A stretch of 64,000 bases of DNA, taken from Octopus sinensis. Its lineage: Eukaryota. The stretch covers positions 112,902,001 through 112,966,000 of the forward strand of contig NC_043000.1 in NCBI RefSeq assembly GCF_006345805.1. The letters are read 5' to 3'. This document shows positions 12,446 to 24,461 of the stretch, piece by piece. Position 1 is the stretch's first letter. Every line of letters begins with the position of its first letter. The translations under genes and the position numbers were made by a program. Under the pieces are notes generated by a model that saw only the letters and a program-made list of their open reading frames with translations, had not been told where the DNA came from and searched no databases.

Positions 12446-12639
12446 TGAATACATTTTGGTATTGAATCTAAGTCTTGAAGTATTTTTTTCTCCGCCCCAA
12501 ATATTGGCACGATTTACTTAGAGGCTATTCTATACGGCCATACATCCCTTTCCGACACTCTAAGGTGGCAGACAAAGAGCAGCCTGTACGCACGCGCGGT
12601 CGCGCGCACACACATTCACAAACGCACACACAAATACAT

Positions 12640-12726
12640 ACATACATACAAACGCACACGCACTAGCAAACAAATATAGATGTATGTATATAATTACATT
12701 TATACGTATGTACACACATATGTATG

Positions 12727-12799
<73 letters not shown>

Positions 12800-12818
12800 T
12801 ACATACATACATACATAT

Positions 12819-12851
<33 letters not shown>

Positions 12852-13356
12852 TAATTACATGAATTGAACATCAGTAATGTCAGGAATTTTATTATATAGA
12901 ATTATATTTATCTGAAAAAGATAAGATATAGGATTGTGGCATGCAGCTTTAGATGTCAGCAATGCATTTATATGTTACTTTCAAGCAATCCAGATTGTTA
13001 AAAATGACAAATCTTCATTAGGAAACAGAGCAAAAGAAACACTGGTGTTTCCATTATTTTGTCCAACGCTTGTGTACATAAGTATATTAAGAGAAGGATT
13101 TTTTTCTTAAAATATTTCAGAAAACAAAATGAGCACACTATAAAAACATTCTTCCCCAAAGGCCTGAAACTTTCTGTTGAAAAAAAATTTCTTTAAACAT
13201 AGTTACTGTATCGAGTAGGTTTTGCTTAAACATTTAAAAGCACATGTGTTTAAATATATACAGACATTCATGCATACATACATGCATACACACACATATA
13301 TAATATATATATATATATTTATATGTATACATATTATTTGTATATATGCATGTATG

Positions 13357-13397
<41 letters not shown>

Positions 13398-13693
13398 ATG
13401 TTTGTATGTATGTATATATACATGTGCGCGTATATATTTATATGTATTATGCATAATATATATGTGCATGTATGTATATATGTGTATATATATATGTGCA
13501 TATATATATTTATATGTATACATATTATTTGTATATATGTATATATATATATATATACTATTTGTATGTATGTATATATGAATGTGTGTGTATGTATGTA
13601 TATGTATTATGCATAATATATATGTGTATGTACGTATATATGTATGTATATATATATATTTATATGTATACATATTATTTGTATATATGTATG

Positions 13694-13729
<36 letters not shown>

Positions 13730-13790
13730 CACGTGCGCATACATACACACACGCACACACACACACACGCACACACACGTACCCGCACAC
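12640..13790. repeat. (TA)n/(TATG)n/(CA)n microsatellite blocks
   Basis: Direct reading. Confidence 0.9.
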
Positions 13791-14009
13791 TCATATATTT
13801 ATAAAGCTTGCCATTTGCTGTTGACGTAAATACGTATTTTCTGTATACATGTGCGTGTCTGTGATGGTACGGTGTGTACATGTGTGTGTATATATATTTG
13901 TACATTTGTGTGTGTGTGTGAATGCGTGCATTATTTGTGTATGGGGAAATCGTTTAACAGCTCAACTCATGGCAAAAACTAATTTCCTCCACACCGCTCC
14001 ACCCTGGTC

Positions 14010-14096
14010 CCCCCACCGCCACCACCAATAGAGAAACGTTCCCCTTGACGCTAAAAACAAAATGGCGGCCTGACGTTTGAAATAACGGAGGTAATT
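14010..14096 (+). promoter_or_regulatory. Promoter-like motif cluster (unverified)
   Basis: GC-box-like ccccaccgcc 14011-14020, CCAAT 14025-14029, TGACG 14046-14050 and 14071-14075, YY1-type CAAAATGGCGGC 14058-14069, possible donor gag|gtaatt at 14090. Confidence 0.2.
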
Positions 14097-14303
14097 TAAA
14101 AATTACTAAATCTAATTAATGATTGACTTAATTAAAATAAAACATAAAACCATAAGGATAATAAATAATTAACAAACCAAGAGAACTACTCAATTAAATT
14201 CCATTTGGAGAGTATGATCATGAAATTAGTTGGTTCATGCGGAAAACGCCGGGAAGATAAAACACCTGTACGATGTTTAGATGAAATCACTTTACTTCTA
14301 CAC

Positions 14304-14335
<32 letters not shown>

Positions 14336-14678
14336 ACATACACACATACACACACACACACACAGACACACACACACACACAGGCACAAACACACAGAGG
14401 CAAGTATGGATATACGAAGGAATAGAAAATAGTGCATGTCGTGTTTAGATGTTTAGAATAGCTAGAAATGGTAGTCACTTGTTCCTCATGTCATTCCGTC
14501 TACGTCTTTGTGAGAGGGCTATATTATTCCAAGGTATTATAATGTCTTAGATATATTAATGGCCAAGTTTCACAAATGGAATGAAAATTAGCAGAGGATT
14601 GGTTCATCCGTACTGACATGATGCTAAACTTTAATAACCACCTATGGATACATAGTTACATACATTGATCCATATGTA

Positions 14679-14740
<62 letters not shown>

Positions 14741-15810
14741 CTGGCACCGCGAGTGTCGCGTTGCTTTCAAGCAACTCTGCCGTCCCGGGTCGACCTTGAG
14801 TGACTTCAACTCAACCAAAGCATTCTATAGGGGATTAGTGGAGGGGAGGTACGGCGACGATCTTGGGGCAAACCTGGGCGTCGACAATGAATACCTGACC
14901 CGCCTGTTTGAAACGACTTTCGGGCTGGGACCTATGGACAACTTCCAGAGATCCCTGGCCTGGCAGTGCTACCGAGAAGCGCTACCCGTTCGGAATAAGC
15001 TCTATAAGCATGGCTCGAGAAACACGGGGCCGACCTGCCCGAGATGCAGGCAGAGCGACGAAACCGTTCTGCACGCAATCGAGCAGTGTCCAACAATCTC
15101 CGACCTGTGGGCATATGTCGAATGACTGCTGTCACGTGTGGGACGTGTCGGTTTATCAGCCGAGTCTATCGTTAATGTCGTCACACCTCCTTCCTTCAAA
15201 CGGGAAGGAAGGGCTATTTTTATCATACTTGTGGCTATGGCGAAAGAATGTATCTGGTGGACGCGCCTAAAAGGATTAGAGACAAACACTTTCCTCTCTT
15301 GTCAATCTCTCATCAACTTCTTCAAGTATCACTTGAAGAGGAAAGTGAGAGTAGAGAGGCAAGTTTTGTCTAGTGAATGTTTTAAAAAAAGATGGGTGAA
15401 TGTAGCAAGGATGGCACGTATGAATGACGAAGCCACCATGACTATGATCCTATGAACCGAAAAATTAATACAGAGAGTTGCTTATTTGTAAAAAAAAATA
15501 TAACATGTGACTTCATTGACCGAGGTTACCGTGGTCTTTTCCGTTGGCTTTTCTTTCTACGGGTAAACCTCACCTGTCCTTCGCTTTACACTTTATATTG
15601 ACATTTCTGTGATAACGATCCCTATTGATCGATTTTCTTCGTTTTCCCTTTATTTTCTATCCCAATCCCCTTTTTTTTGTCCTCTTTCTTTCCTTTTACG
15701 ATCCCTTTTGATCGAAAACTAAACCCCCTTTTTTTACCCCCAAAAAGAAAAGCTCCACCTTGTAATTTGTCCTGTCTCTGTGCAGCCCTGTTTGGCTAAT
15801 AAAGAAACAT
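14741..15810 (+). mobile_element. L1/Tx1-like LINE 3' fragment (C-terminal zinc-binding region + 3'UTR)
   Basis: FQRSLAWQCYREALPVRNKLYKHG..TCPRCRQSDETVLHAIEQCP, one internal TGA, AKECIWWTR...FKYHLKRKVRVER; ends aataaagaaacat; (TATC)n on both sides. Confidence 0.85.
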
Positions 15811-15846
15811 ATCTATCTATCCATCCATCCATCTATCCATCCATCC

Positions 15847-15920
<74 letters not shown>

Positions 15921-16257
15921 TGTCTATTGCTATATCTATTTATCAGCTATAATACTAATCCTGAGATCTATTCTTCTCAGAATTCATGTTTCCAACCACT
16001 ACGTATCGTTTTGAAGATTTGTCTGTTAGTTCCCATTTCTGTATTCTCCTGTATATGAAAATACACGCGCTTATACATATCTTTTATATACGTTTGTATA
16101 TGCATAATTCATATGCGTTAATATTGATGTAATGTCCGTTATATAGCTAACAAGATTACGAATCATCTCTAAGCGTATAGAATAAAACTCAATGCTCTCA
16201 AATCGCATATCTTATCTCTTCTATATCACCCTTTCTCTCTCTCCCCCTCTTCTTATA

Positions 16258-16317
<60 letters not shown>

Positions 16318-17440
16318 TATATATATATAAGTGTGTGTGATGTGTGTGTGTGTATATGTGTGTGGTATAATGTAACAACGCAACAAACCTTTGCTAAATA
16401 TTTTCATCTTCCTAACGAACAGTGACACCTGATCCGATACAGTTTTCTTATTCGTTGGCCATCAGCCGTAATTACTCAGAGCTTAACACATCTCTCATTA
16501 ATCTTCATGACGCTTGATATCATATAAACTATGTGTAGGAATATAATATTTATGATATACCACAACTCCACCTATATGAAATTATCATCATATCATCATT
16601 ACGTAACCAAGAATGTCTCCATATCCTCTGGTGTGATTAGAAACATTAACGCATAATTCAAGATTATTCTTTATCAGCTATATCACTTCGGTTTTACTCT
16701 TTGCATCTAAAATTATCTGATTAGTGAAGAAACACTAGTATATCTTAGTAAAACCCTTGAAACTGTTCAAATACAAAAATCTTAGCTTTACTTAAAATCT
16801 CTCGAATAATGTAAGAATTTTTATCAAGGGACATGATGGTATCGTGGAGGCATTTCAACCGTGTTTCGTGGTCTGCTACCACAACAGCTCCTTTATAGGA
16901 TCCCGTTGGCTCAAGATATCATCAGGCGGAACCACGTCCGGTTTCGGCCCCTACAGCTCTGGTGTTGGGTGCATGTCCTCTTTCTTCTGTTCCCTGGCCT
17001 CTTTGATGTGGCGTCAACGAGTTTCAGCGGGTGATTGACTCTTTTGTCAATTTTTTTCCCTTTAAATACCTGCTGCTAGACTCCGGCAAGCAGCCCCAGC
17101 AAGCTGTCACGTGATACTGTCTCATCTTTAACTGACCAATGAAGGCGCGTAGTCTTAGGAAAGTACATGATTGAAATAAGTATTTCGTGTAGTGTTCATA
17201 ACGGTCTTTATCTGTTGGGTTGACAGAAAACGAAAGGGAAGGCAGAAGACTGGACAATTTTATGCCGATTATCGATGCTGGGGTTTAACATTCGGTGCAG
17301 ATACGTGCTACAAAAATGACGTCATTGATTTACTAATCGAATTGTTACACGGAATACAAAACAATCACTACTCTAACACGAATAGCACTTACAAACTGAC
17401 CGAGATTCAAGGCTTCCTTGTCATGAATTCAAGTCCTACT

Positions 17441-17746
17441 CTTGTTATTTGTTCCTTCTCGAGCCACGCCTAGCTCATAGGGCCGATTTCCCGGTTTCCT
17501 TGGCGTATAGGTTCTCCACCTGGACGGGACACCGGTCCGTCGCAGGTGAGCTGCAAGATGCAGTAGGAAAGTGTGAGAGAAAGTTGTGGCGAAAGAGTCA
17601 GCAGAAGTTCGCAATTACCTTCTGCCGGAGCCGCGTGGAGCTTAGGTGTTTCACTCATAAACACACACATCACCCGGTCTGAGATTCGAACCCACGATCC
17701 CTCGACCGCGAGTCCGCTGCTCTAACTACTAGGCCATGTGCCTCCA
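17441..17746 (-). mobile_element. tRNA-derived SINE family D, full length
   Basis: Minus head gtggaggcacatggcctagtagttagagc...gggttcgaatctc (A/B boxes); 11-bp TSD caagtcctact at 17430-17440 and 17747-17757. Confidence 0.9.
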
Positions 17747-17947
17747 CAAGTCCTACTGTGGGCATGATATTTATCATGTTTAGCTTTTGCAATCTTTTCT
17801 ATATTCTTTGATTGCAAACAAGTTATTCTGTCAGCCCGTCATTTCTGTGTATTCCTTTGCACTGAGCATCTGTTTTCCCCCAGGATTCCTCCATCTGTTC
17901 CATGTCCAATGTTATCGATTTGTGTGTCCACAAACATCAGGTCTTCA

Positions 17948-18178
17948 GGCGGCGAGCTGGCAGAAACGTTAGCACGCCAGGCGAAATGCTTAGCGTTATT
18001 TCGTCTGCCGTTACGTTCTGAGTTCAAATTCGGCCGAAGTCGACTTAGCCATTCATCATTTCGAGGTCGATTGAATAAGTACCAGTTATGCACTAGGGTC
18101 GATGTAATCGACTTAATCCCTTTATCTGTCATTGTTTGTCCCCTCTATATTTAGCCCCTTGTGGGCAATAAAGAGATA
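17948..18178 (+). mobile_element. tRNA-derived SINE family B, full length
   Basis: ggcggcgagctggcagaaacgttagc...gagttcaaatt...gtaccagtt...gtgggcaataaaga; multiple homologous copies in the window. Confidence 0.9.
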
Positions 18179-19091
18179 ACAAACATCAGATTTTTATGAA
18201 GGGTTAACAGCATTTGACTCACTGCCTTTCCCCGTCTTTTTATTTCTTTTCCTGTTTCAATACAGTTTATACGAAACTACGCCCAAGGTGCAGCGGATCG
18301 TGACCAGCCAGTCGAATTTTTCGTTCCGATAAATGGTATTCAATGTTATCAGCCAAACCAAGTGGGTTGACGGTTTCTCCATTGACAGAATGAATATATA
18401 TTTAGAAATCCTGGGTAAGACTTTGAACTGCATCCATTTGTAGGGCTCTGGAACTCCTGCTCCAAACCCCTACAACTTTCGAGGAGTGTGGAACTACTTC
18501 TTAACCACTATGGCTCCCAGGTCGAATCTGTGTGGGTTAGCATGTCGACTAAAACCTGCTCTAGCTTCCTTCCTTGGTGAAATCCAGCACAGCGTTTGTT
18601 CCGAGATCACCTGATTGCCCTGGTCACGCAGCTTCTGCGTCTGTCTGACGTTCGGAGGCAAGCTGCGTGTCTTGTGCTGCTATTAGCTACAGCAGAACTA
18701 AGACAAGTAAACTGGCTGTAAATGCGTGCCACGACGACGTGGATGCAGCAGCTCTCTGCAGCTTGTCTCCGGCCGCCATCGCACTGGTCACCGATAAGTC
18801 AAGTTGTGCGGTGAAGGAAACAAATCTTTGAACAGATTTAGAATCGTCTCAGCTTCGCTCAATGTAATTTTGGTAATAGAAGTAATTAGATCACCGTCTG
18901 TGTCGAAGATAATTTTGATATTTCCTGAAGTGAATTACTTGTTCATAGAATCAGTGTTAGTAGTTGAGTATTCCGAGTACCATTAACGTAATTAATAACC
19001 AAAATCAGCGTGACACAGTGTGAACGAAGTTATACTTCTGAATTACAGGTTCCAATATGTTCTATATTTAAGAGATGAGGAATTATGTACC

Positions 19092-19229
19092 TTACTTACA
19101 TTATTTACATTTGACGGATATTTGTCCTCATCTTGTTTGTTGTTAACACAACGTTTCGGCTGATATACCCTCCAGCCTTTATCATGTGTCTTGGGGAAAT
19201 TTTGAAACTGAGTTCTCATTCCTAAGGTA

Positions 19230-19289
<60 letters not shown>

Positions 19290-19389
19290 CAAAATCATTA
19301 TTATTATTTTTATTCAGATCACTGCCTGGAATCAAACTCGGAATCTTGGAGTTAGTAGTCCGCGCTCTTTACCACTACGCCATATGCCC
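19092..19389 (-). mobile_element. tRNA-headed SINE-like element with (TAA)n linker and hammerhead ribozyme, copy 1
   Basis: Head (A box tggcgtagtgg, B box gagtttgattcc), (TAA)n, taccttagga-body, hammerhead fold, tail ending in aatgtaaat repeats; collinear with 52502-53425. Confidence 0.8.
19145..19190 (-). ncRNA. Minimal type I hammerhead ribozyme (core decayed to ATGATAA)
   Basis: GACAC-atgataa-a-GGCTG-gagggtatat-CAGCC-GAA-ACGT-T-GTGTT; stems I and II and the palindromic ACGT are intact. Confidence 0.6.
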
Positions 19390-19391
19390 GT

Positions 19392-19470
19392 GGGCATATG
19401 GCGTTGTGTTAATAACAAACAACATGAGGACAAATATCCGTCAAATGTAAATAATGTAAATAATGTAAAT
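19392..19470 (+). mobile_element. Inverted partial copy: first 13 nt of head joined to post-ribozyme tail
   Basis: gggcatatggcgt (reverse complement of 19377-19389) fused via CGT microhomology to tgtgttaataacaaac...aatgtaaataatgtaaat. Confidence 0.7.
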
Positions 19471-19669
19471 AAGTTTCCAATCGGTCCAGAAAGATTTCAC
19501 ACAATTTTCGTGAACACAATTTCATTTACAAAGCATGAACGAGTTGGACCGAGATAATAGTAAAAATGCATGACAGCAAATGCCGACTTGTGATATCGAA
19601 CCCGTGACGCTGCGATTGCGAATTTCTTAGCCAATCGACCAAGTGGCGCCCCACTGTTGTATTATATAT

Positions 19670-19870
19670 TTTTTTATTGCCCATTAGGGGCTAAACATAG
19701 AGGGGACAAACAAGGACAGACAAAGGGATTAAGTCGATTACATCGACCCAGTGCGAAACTGGTAATTTATTTATCGACCTCGGCGGAATTTGAACTCACA
19801 ACGTAACGGCAGACAAAATACGGGTACGAATTTCGCCCGGCGTGCTAACCTTTCTGACAGCTCGCTGCCT
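19670..19870 (-). mobile_element. SINE family B
   Basis: Reverse complement of the 17948-18178 type, with a small internal deletion. Confidence 0.85.
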
Positions 19871-20129
19871 TCATGTTGTATTATACTTAATAAGAACACT
19901 GTAGGTTAACAACACAATAGAGTAATAGCACACGCATTGTTACAATTTCAATGAAGCGCTATAAGTCTCGTTTCAGCCAAACGGTGTCCGTCCAGTTGTG
20001 TCATCCACGGTACAGATAACTATTTCTGATTTAGATTCATAAGCAGCCATTTTAGAAGTGGATTAGTTGATTAAATTCACAGCAACCTTTGACACTACTT
20101 CATTTCAGCGAGACTGAAGCAATGAAAAT

Positions 20130-20225
20130 AAATTACAATTTCAGCGGGATTTGCGTTCAGAACGTAAAGAGCCGAAAGAAATACCGCAAGGCACTTTTTC
20201 CTATACTCTATTGATTCTTAGCAGC
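20130..20225 (-). mobile_element. Old SINE B-related fragment
   Basis: tcagaacgtaaagagccg...aaataccgcaaggca resembles the family B head. Confidence 0.4.
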
Positions 20226-21461
20226 TCTTTGACTAGATTGTTGGTTGTAACACCGAGAATGTTTTGAAGCAAAGCTAGGTATATTTTCTGAGGCAGAGTA
20301 GTTGAAACAATGATCAATGTAGTTTAACCTTACAAGTTGAATTGCAGATCAATCGAGCCTTCAGCTGAACAATTAAGCCTTCCTCATTAATTAAGAAGAT
20401 CTACAACATTTAATTGATTCAGTAGGTTTCGTGACATTCAATAATGTGTCTATATATTCTAGGAGATGTTAAATCATTTGGAAAAGTCACAGATAGGAAA
20501 CAAAGTATCATTAAATGGCTCTCTCTTTCTCTATCTCTCTCTATCTCTATCTCTCTCTATACACATACACACACACATATATAGTAATAGGTAAGTACGA
20601 TCCAGAGAGCCAAGCGTAGAAATTTAGGAAGCTTCGAGTAATGATGCAGCTACAACTGATGATAAAAGCTGGACAATATACGATAGAACAAGTTTATTAC
20701 ATTCGTAAGTCTATTGGGGTAACACTACTGCTGACGCAAACAATAATGAGCAAAGCTGACTTGTAAACCTTTAATATGATTTGTAGTGTATTAAAATGAA
20801 ATGCGAAAATGAAATGCCGTGTGCTTGATAGCACACAACATTCTATCATTCCATCTCAATTAATTAATTACAAAACATTTTTAACAATATTGTTATTTTT
20901 TTACATTTGGTTTTTTTCTTTTTAATTCCTCTATTATTTTGGTATTAGTTGCCAGTTATGTGTTTAATATGTAAATTGGTCTAAGCAATAGTATTTACAC
21001 CGCTAAATTTTGGGTAGTAAGTAATGTGTGCCTGGATAGTTTATGACCTGGTTGTGGTGCCGATGAAATGGTAATAATACTTGAAATCCGCATATACACA
21101 CATTACCAATTTCAGTTTCCAGAGAAACAAGCAGCCAAACTGTTTATATGCTCAACAAATGCAGCAGTTACTCTATGAGGCAGTCCCTAATTTGCATATC
21201 GAAAGTATTTAACACTATCTAAATACAGCGGCCTGTCGACGGGGATCTTAGACCACACACTATCAAGGTGTGATATAATAAATATCTAACATGGTATAAT
21301 TATCAACAGAGCCATTTTAGCCATTTCTCCGCAGACTGAAAAAATGGTAAACAACCTCAATCGATTTTGAAACCTTGTTGGTTTATATACATTCGCCATG
21401 ATTGATCGCTAGCCACTAAACCTTGTTCTTATCTTCTCTCTCTCTGCTTATTTCTGTGTTC

Positions 21462-21497
21462 CTTTCTGTTGAAGAGCGTAGGCTCGAAACGTAAAAG
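21462..21497 (+). ncRNA. Minimal hammerhead fold with A6U variant core, in a PLE-like remnant (~21400-21590)
   Basis: CTTT-CTGTTGA-A-GAGC-gtag-GCTC-GAA-ACGT-A-AAAG; downstream ttcccga..actaatac..tct..ttgttg shared with the 45753 copy. Confidence 0.55.
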
Positions 21498-21620
21498 ACT
21501 TTCACACTTCCCGAACTAATACATCTGTTTGTTGTTTACACACCCGTCTTCGTCTTTTATTTTTTGTAAATTCCAACTATATACATATATATATACATAC
21601 ATACATACATACATACATAC

Positions 21621-21676
<56 letters not shown>

Positions 21677-21719
21677 GCATACATATGTCCTCGGGCAAAA
21701 GTGGGGGAAAAGCTTCATT

Positions 21720-22290
21720 TCACGTTGTCTGACAATGCCATACCAACTTTTAGAAAAGAATCAGCCAAGACTTTGGGAAAATGCTTGACAGCAGCCTGAA
21801 GAATAGCCTTTATCTGCAGAACCAGCAAAACCTTGAGAAATGGCTTATCATGTTCGCCATTTCTACAATGCTCGGTTGCTTCATACTTTCGGTATACTAA
21901 CATGCTATACTTTATAGAATTTTGTGACGCTCTTGTTATTATATCAGTATGTTATCTGTGTAAAACCTGGGGCAGATCAGCAGGTTTTGAGGTGCAAGCT
22001 TGACTTACTGAGGAACCAAAGCAGTGGTTCTCTTTACTTGCTAACCGACATCTTACCACACACGACCAGCAGCCACTCGAAGGATTTTGTAACGTTGAAA
22101 ACAAAAGAAACTATGAGGTGCAATAATTGTAGAAACACATACGTAGCAGAAAGTGGTATTGACGTTTGGATGCAGGAAGTAGATTGCTGTCAGGGAGTTG
22201 TCGGTCGCTGAGGAATGTTTGTGGCAGAAGAACGTTCTAGCTGGAACTGTAGCGAAAGGGCATTCGTGCTTGGGTTACGTTCCAACACAC
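21720..22290 (+). mobile_element. Highly decayed R2-group (HERO-like) non-LTR RT C-terminal region
   Basis: Frameshifted remnants AIPTFRKESAKTLGK, VAESGIDV, RKWIAV..AEECLWQK..LAGTVAKGHSCLG resemble a recalled HERO-type consensus; not searched. Confidence 0.4.
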
Positions 22291-22968
22291 CAGATTAAGG
22301 GAAAAAAATGAGGTACTATTAGACTAAATTAGACGTACCAGCAAAATCTGTGGATTAGCAGAACGGTAAGAATATCAAATTGAAAACCTTGCAGTATCTC
22401 ATCTATTCTGCTTTCAAATCAAAACAGTCTTCTTGAGTGCTAGAATCATCAGTTACCTGGATGAGCATCCCAGTGTGGTGCCATTTGGGAATTTAGCAGA
22501 ATCTAGTCTATTACAACTCTTCGGTTCAGGTCATAGTTTGAGAATAGCTTAAAAGCCTTGTAGATGCTCATGGGTGATGCCTTATGCCTTAAATATACAA
22601 TAAAAAATGCATACATTAAACATACTTATATATCTTGCTCTTAGCTTTTAAAATGGCGGCTCTATGTGGTATGTCGAACTGGTAGACGTACCAGCAAAAT
22701 AATCTTAAACATTACATTATTGATTAAAACAGGACAAGAATATTGGTCAATGTAGTACTAGATATATTAAGGAAAAAAAAAACCGGATGTCCACAGCTGG
22801 AATGTCTTTGATCTTAGGTTTGCTCAAACATTGCTCCCTGGGGCTAAAAAACAATGAAACCTGACAGATTTAGCGTAAACATTTTATAGCCAACCGAAAA
22901 CATCTGATGCGAATGGTTGCTTTATATCTTTATATTTATATTTTTAATGTTTTTAATAACAGATTTCA

Positions 22969-23033
<65 letters not shown>

Positions 23034-23232
23034 TCTATATCCGATTTTATATAAAGTTGACATATTCACAGCAACCTTTGCATTGCGGTTTTCAATTTAG
23101 ATCGTCCATAGAAAATCTCAAAGCCACTCCTACAGGAATTGTACAAACTCTTCATACTTTAGAAACCATTCAAGAATGGACAGAGATAAAATGCACACAG
23201 ACAAACAGACCTACATATGCGCACGCACAGAG

Positions 23233-23277
<45 letters not shown>

Positions 23278-23994
23278 TACATATATACTTACATACATAC
23301 ACATGCATACATAGATACATACATTCATGCATACCTACATATATGCACAGACAGACTCTTTAAATGTGTGTGAGTGTATGTTTGTATGTATGTAGATATA
23401 TACACAGCATAATCGATAAAGGCTGAAAGATAGAAGAACGGAAGTTACCAAAGAAATAAATGAAACTGGAAGCGGGCGGAGTTAATATAAGCGATGCTAT
23501 GGCTTGACATTTCCTCTAGCAGACGCACTGCCTGGTTTTAGTGATTCTCTGCTTTATTTCCATTCTAACTCTCCTATAATTCCTATTTAGACAAAATAAA
23601 TTTCAGTAAACCAATAAAAGATTTTGCTTGTACTAACCAAGTGTGTCAGATCAAAATTAAGGTTTGGTCAGTCATACAAAATTGCTTAGCTTCATTTGTT
23701 TAACTCCATTTAAAATAGCATTATGTAAGTGTGAAGTTGTATGTGTGCACATGAGTGTGTATATGTGTGCATGAGTGTATATGTGTGTGCATGAGTGTGT
23801 ATGTATGCATAAATATAGAGAGTGAGAAAGTGGAGAGAAAGAGAGAGGTGTACGTTTAGTGTTCTTGTATGTATAAATATTTATATAAGTGTACACACAG
23901 ACTTAAATTCACAGATAAATTCTTTCTTATTCTTGCACACAGCCAACAGTTTTGAGGAAAGTGTGTGTACGTGTGTGTGTGTGTGTGGGGGGGG

Positions 23995-24172
23995 GTCAAA
24001 TACATCCACTTTAGTGCTCCGCTGGTACTTGCTGCATCGACCCCGAAAAGTTGAAAGACAAAGTTGATATCGGTGGTATTTGAACTGAAAATATAAAACG
24101 GTGGTAGAAATATCCATAAAGATTTTTTTTTGTCCGGCGTGCAAACGTCTCTGGCAGCACATCGCCTTTCGC
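23995..24172 (-). mobile_element. Older SINE B-related copy
   Basis: ctggtact...tcgaccccgaaa...gaaagacaaagt...atttgaact core. Confidence 0.55.
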
Positions 24173-24194
24173 ACTCCATAAATAAATAAATAGA

Positions 24195-24401
24195 TACTCT
24201 TTTACTCTCTTTTACTCGTTTCAGTCATTCTGACTGAGGCCATGCTAGAGCACCGCCTTTAGTCGAGGAAATCGACCCAGGACTTATTCTTTGGAAGCCT
24301 AGTACTTATTCTATCGGTGTCTTTTGCCGAACCGCTAATGTTAGGGGGACGTAAACACACCAGCATCGGTTGTCAAGCGATGTTGGGAGAAAACACAAAC
24401 A

Positions 24402-24461
<60 letters not shown>

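Noticed and set aside
17690-17746. tRNA genes at A/B-box motifs (also 31790-31850, 52502-52577)
   Set aside because: They continue into SINE bodies and lack a complete cloverleaf/acceptor stem.
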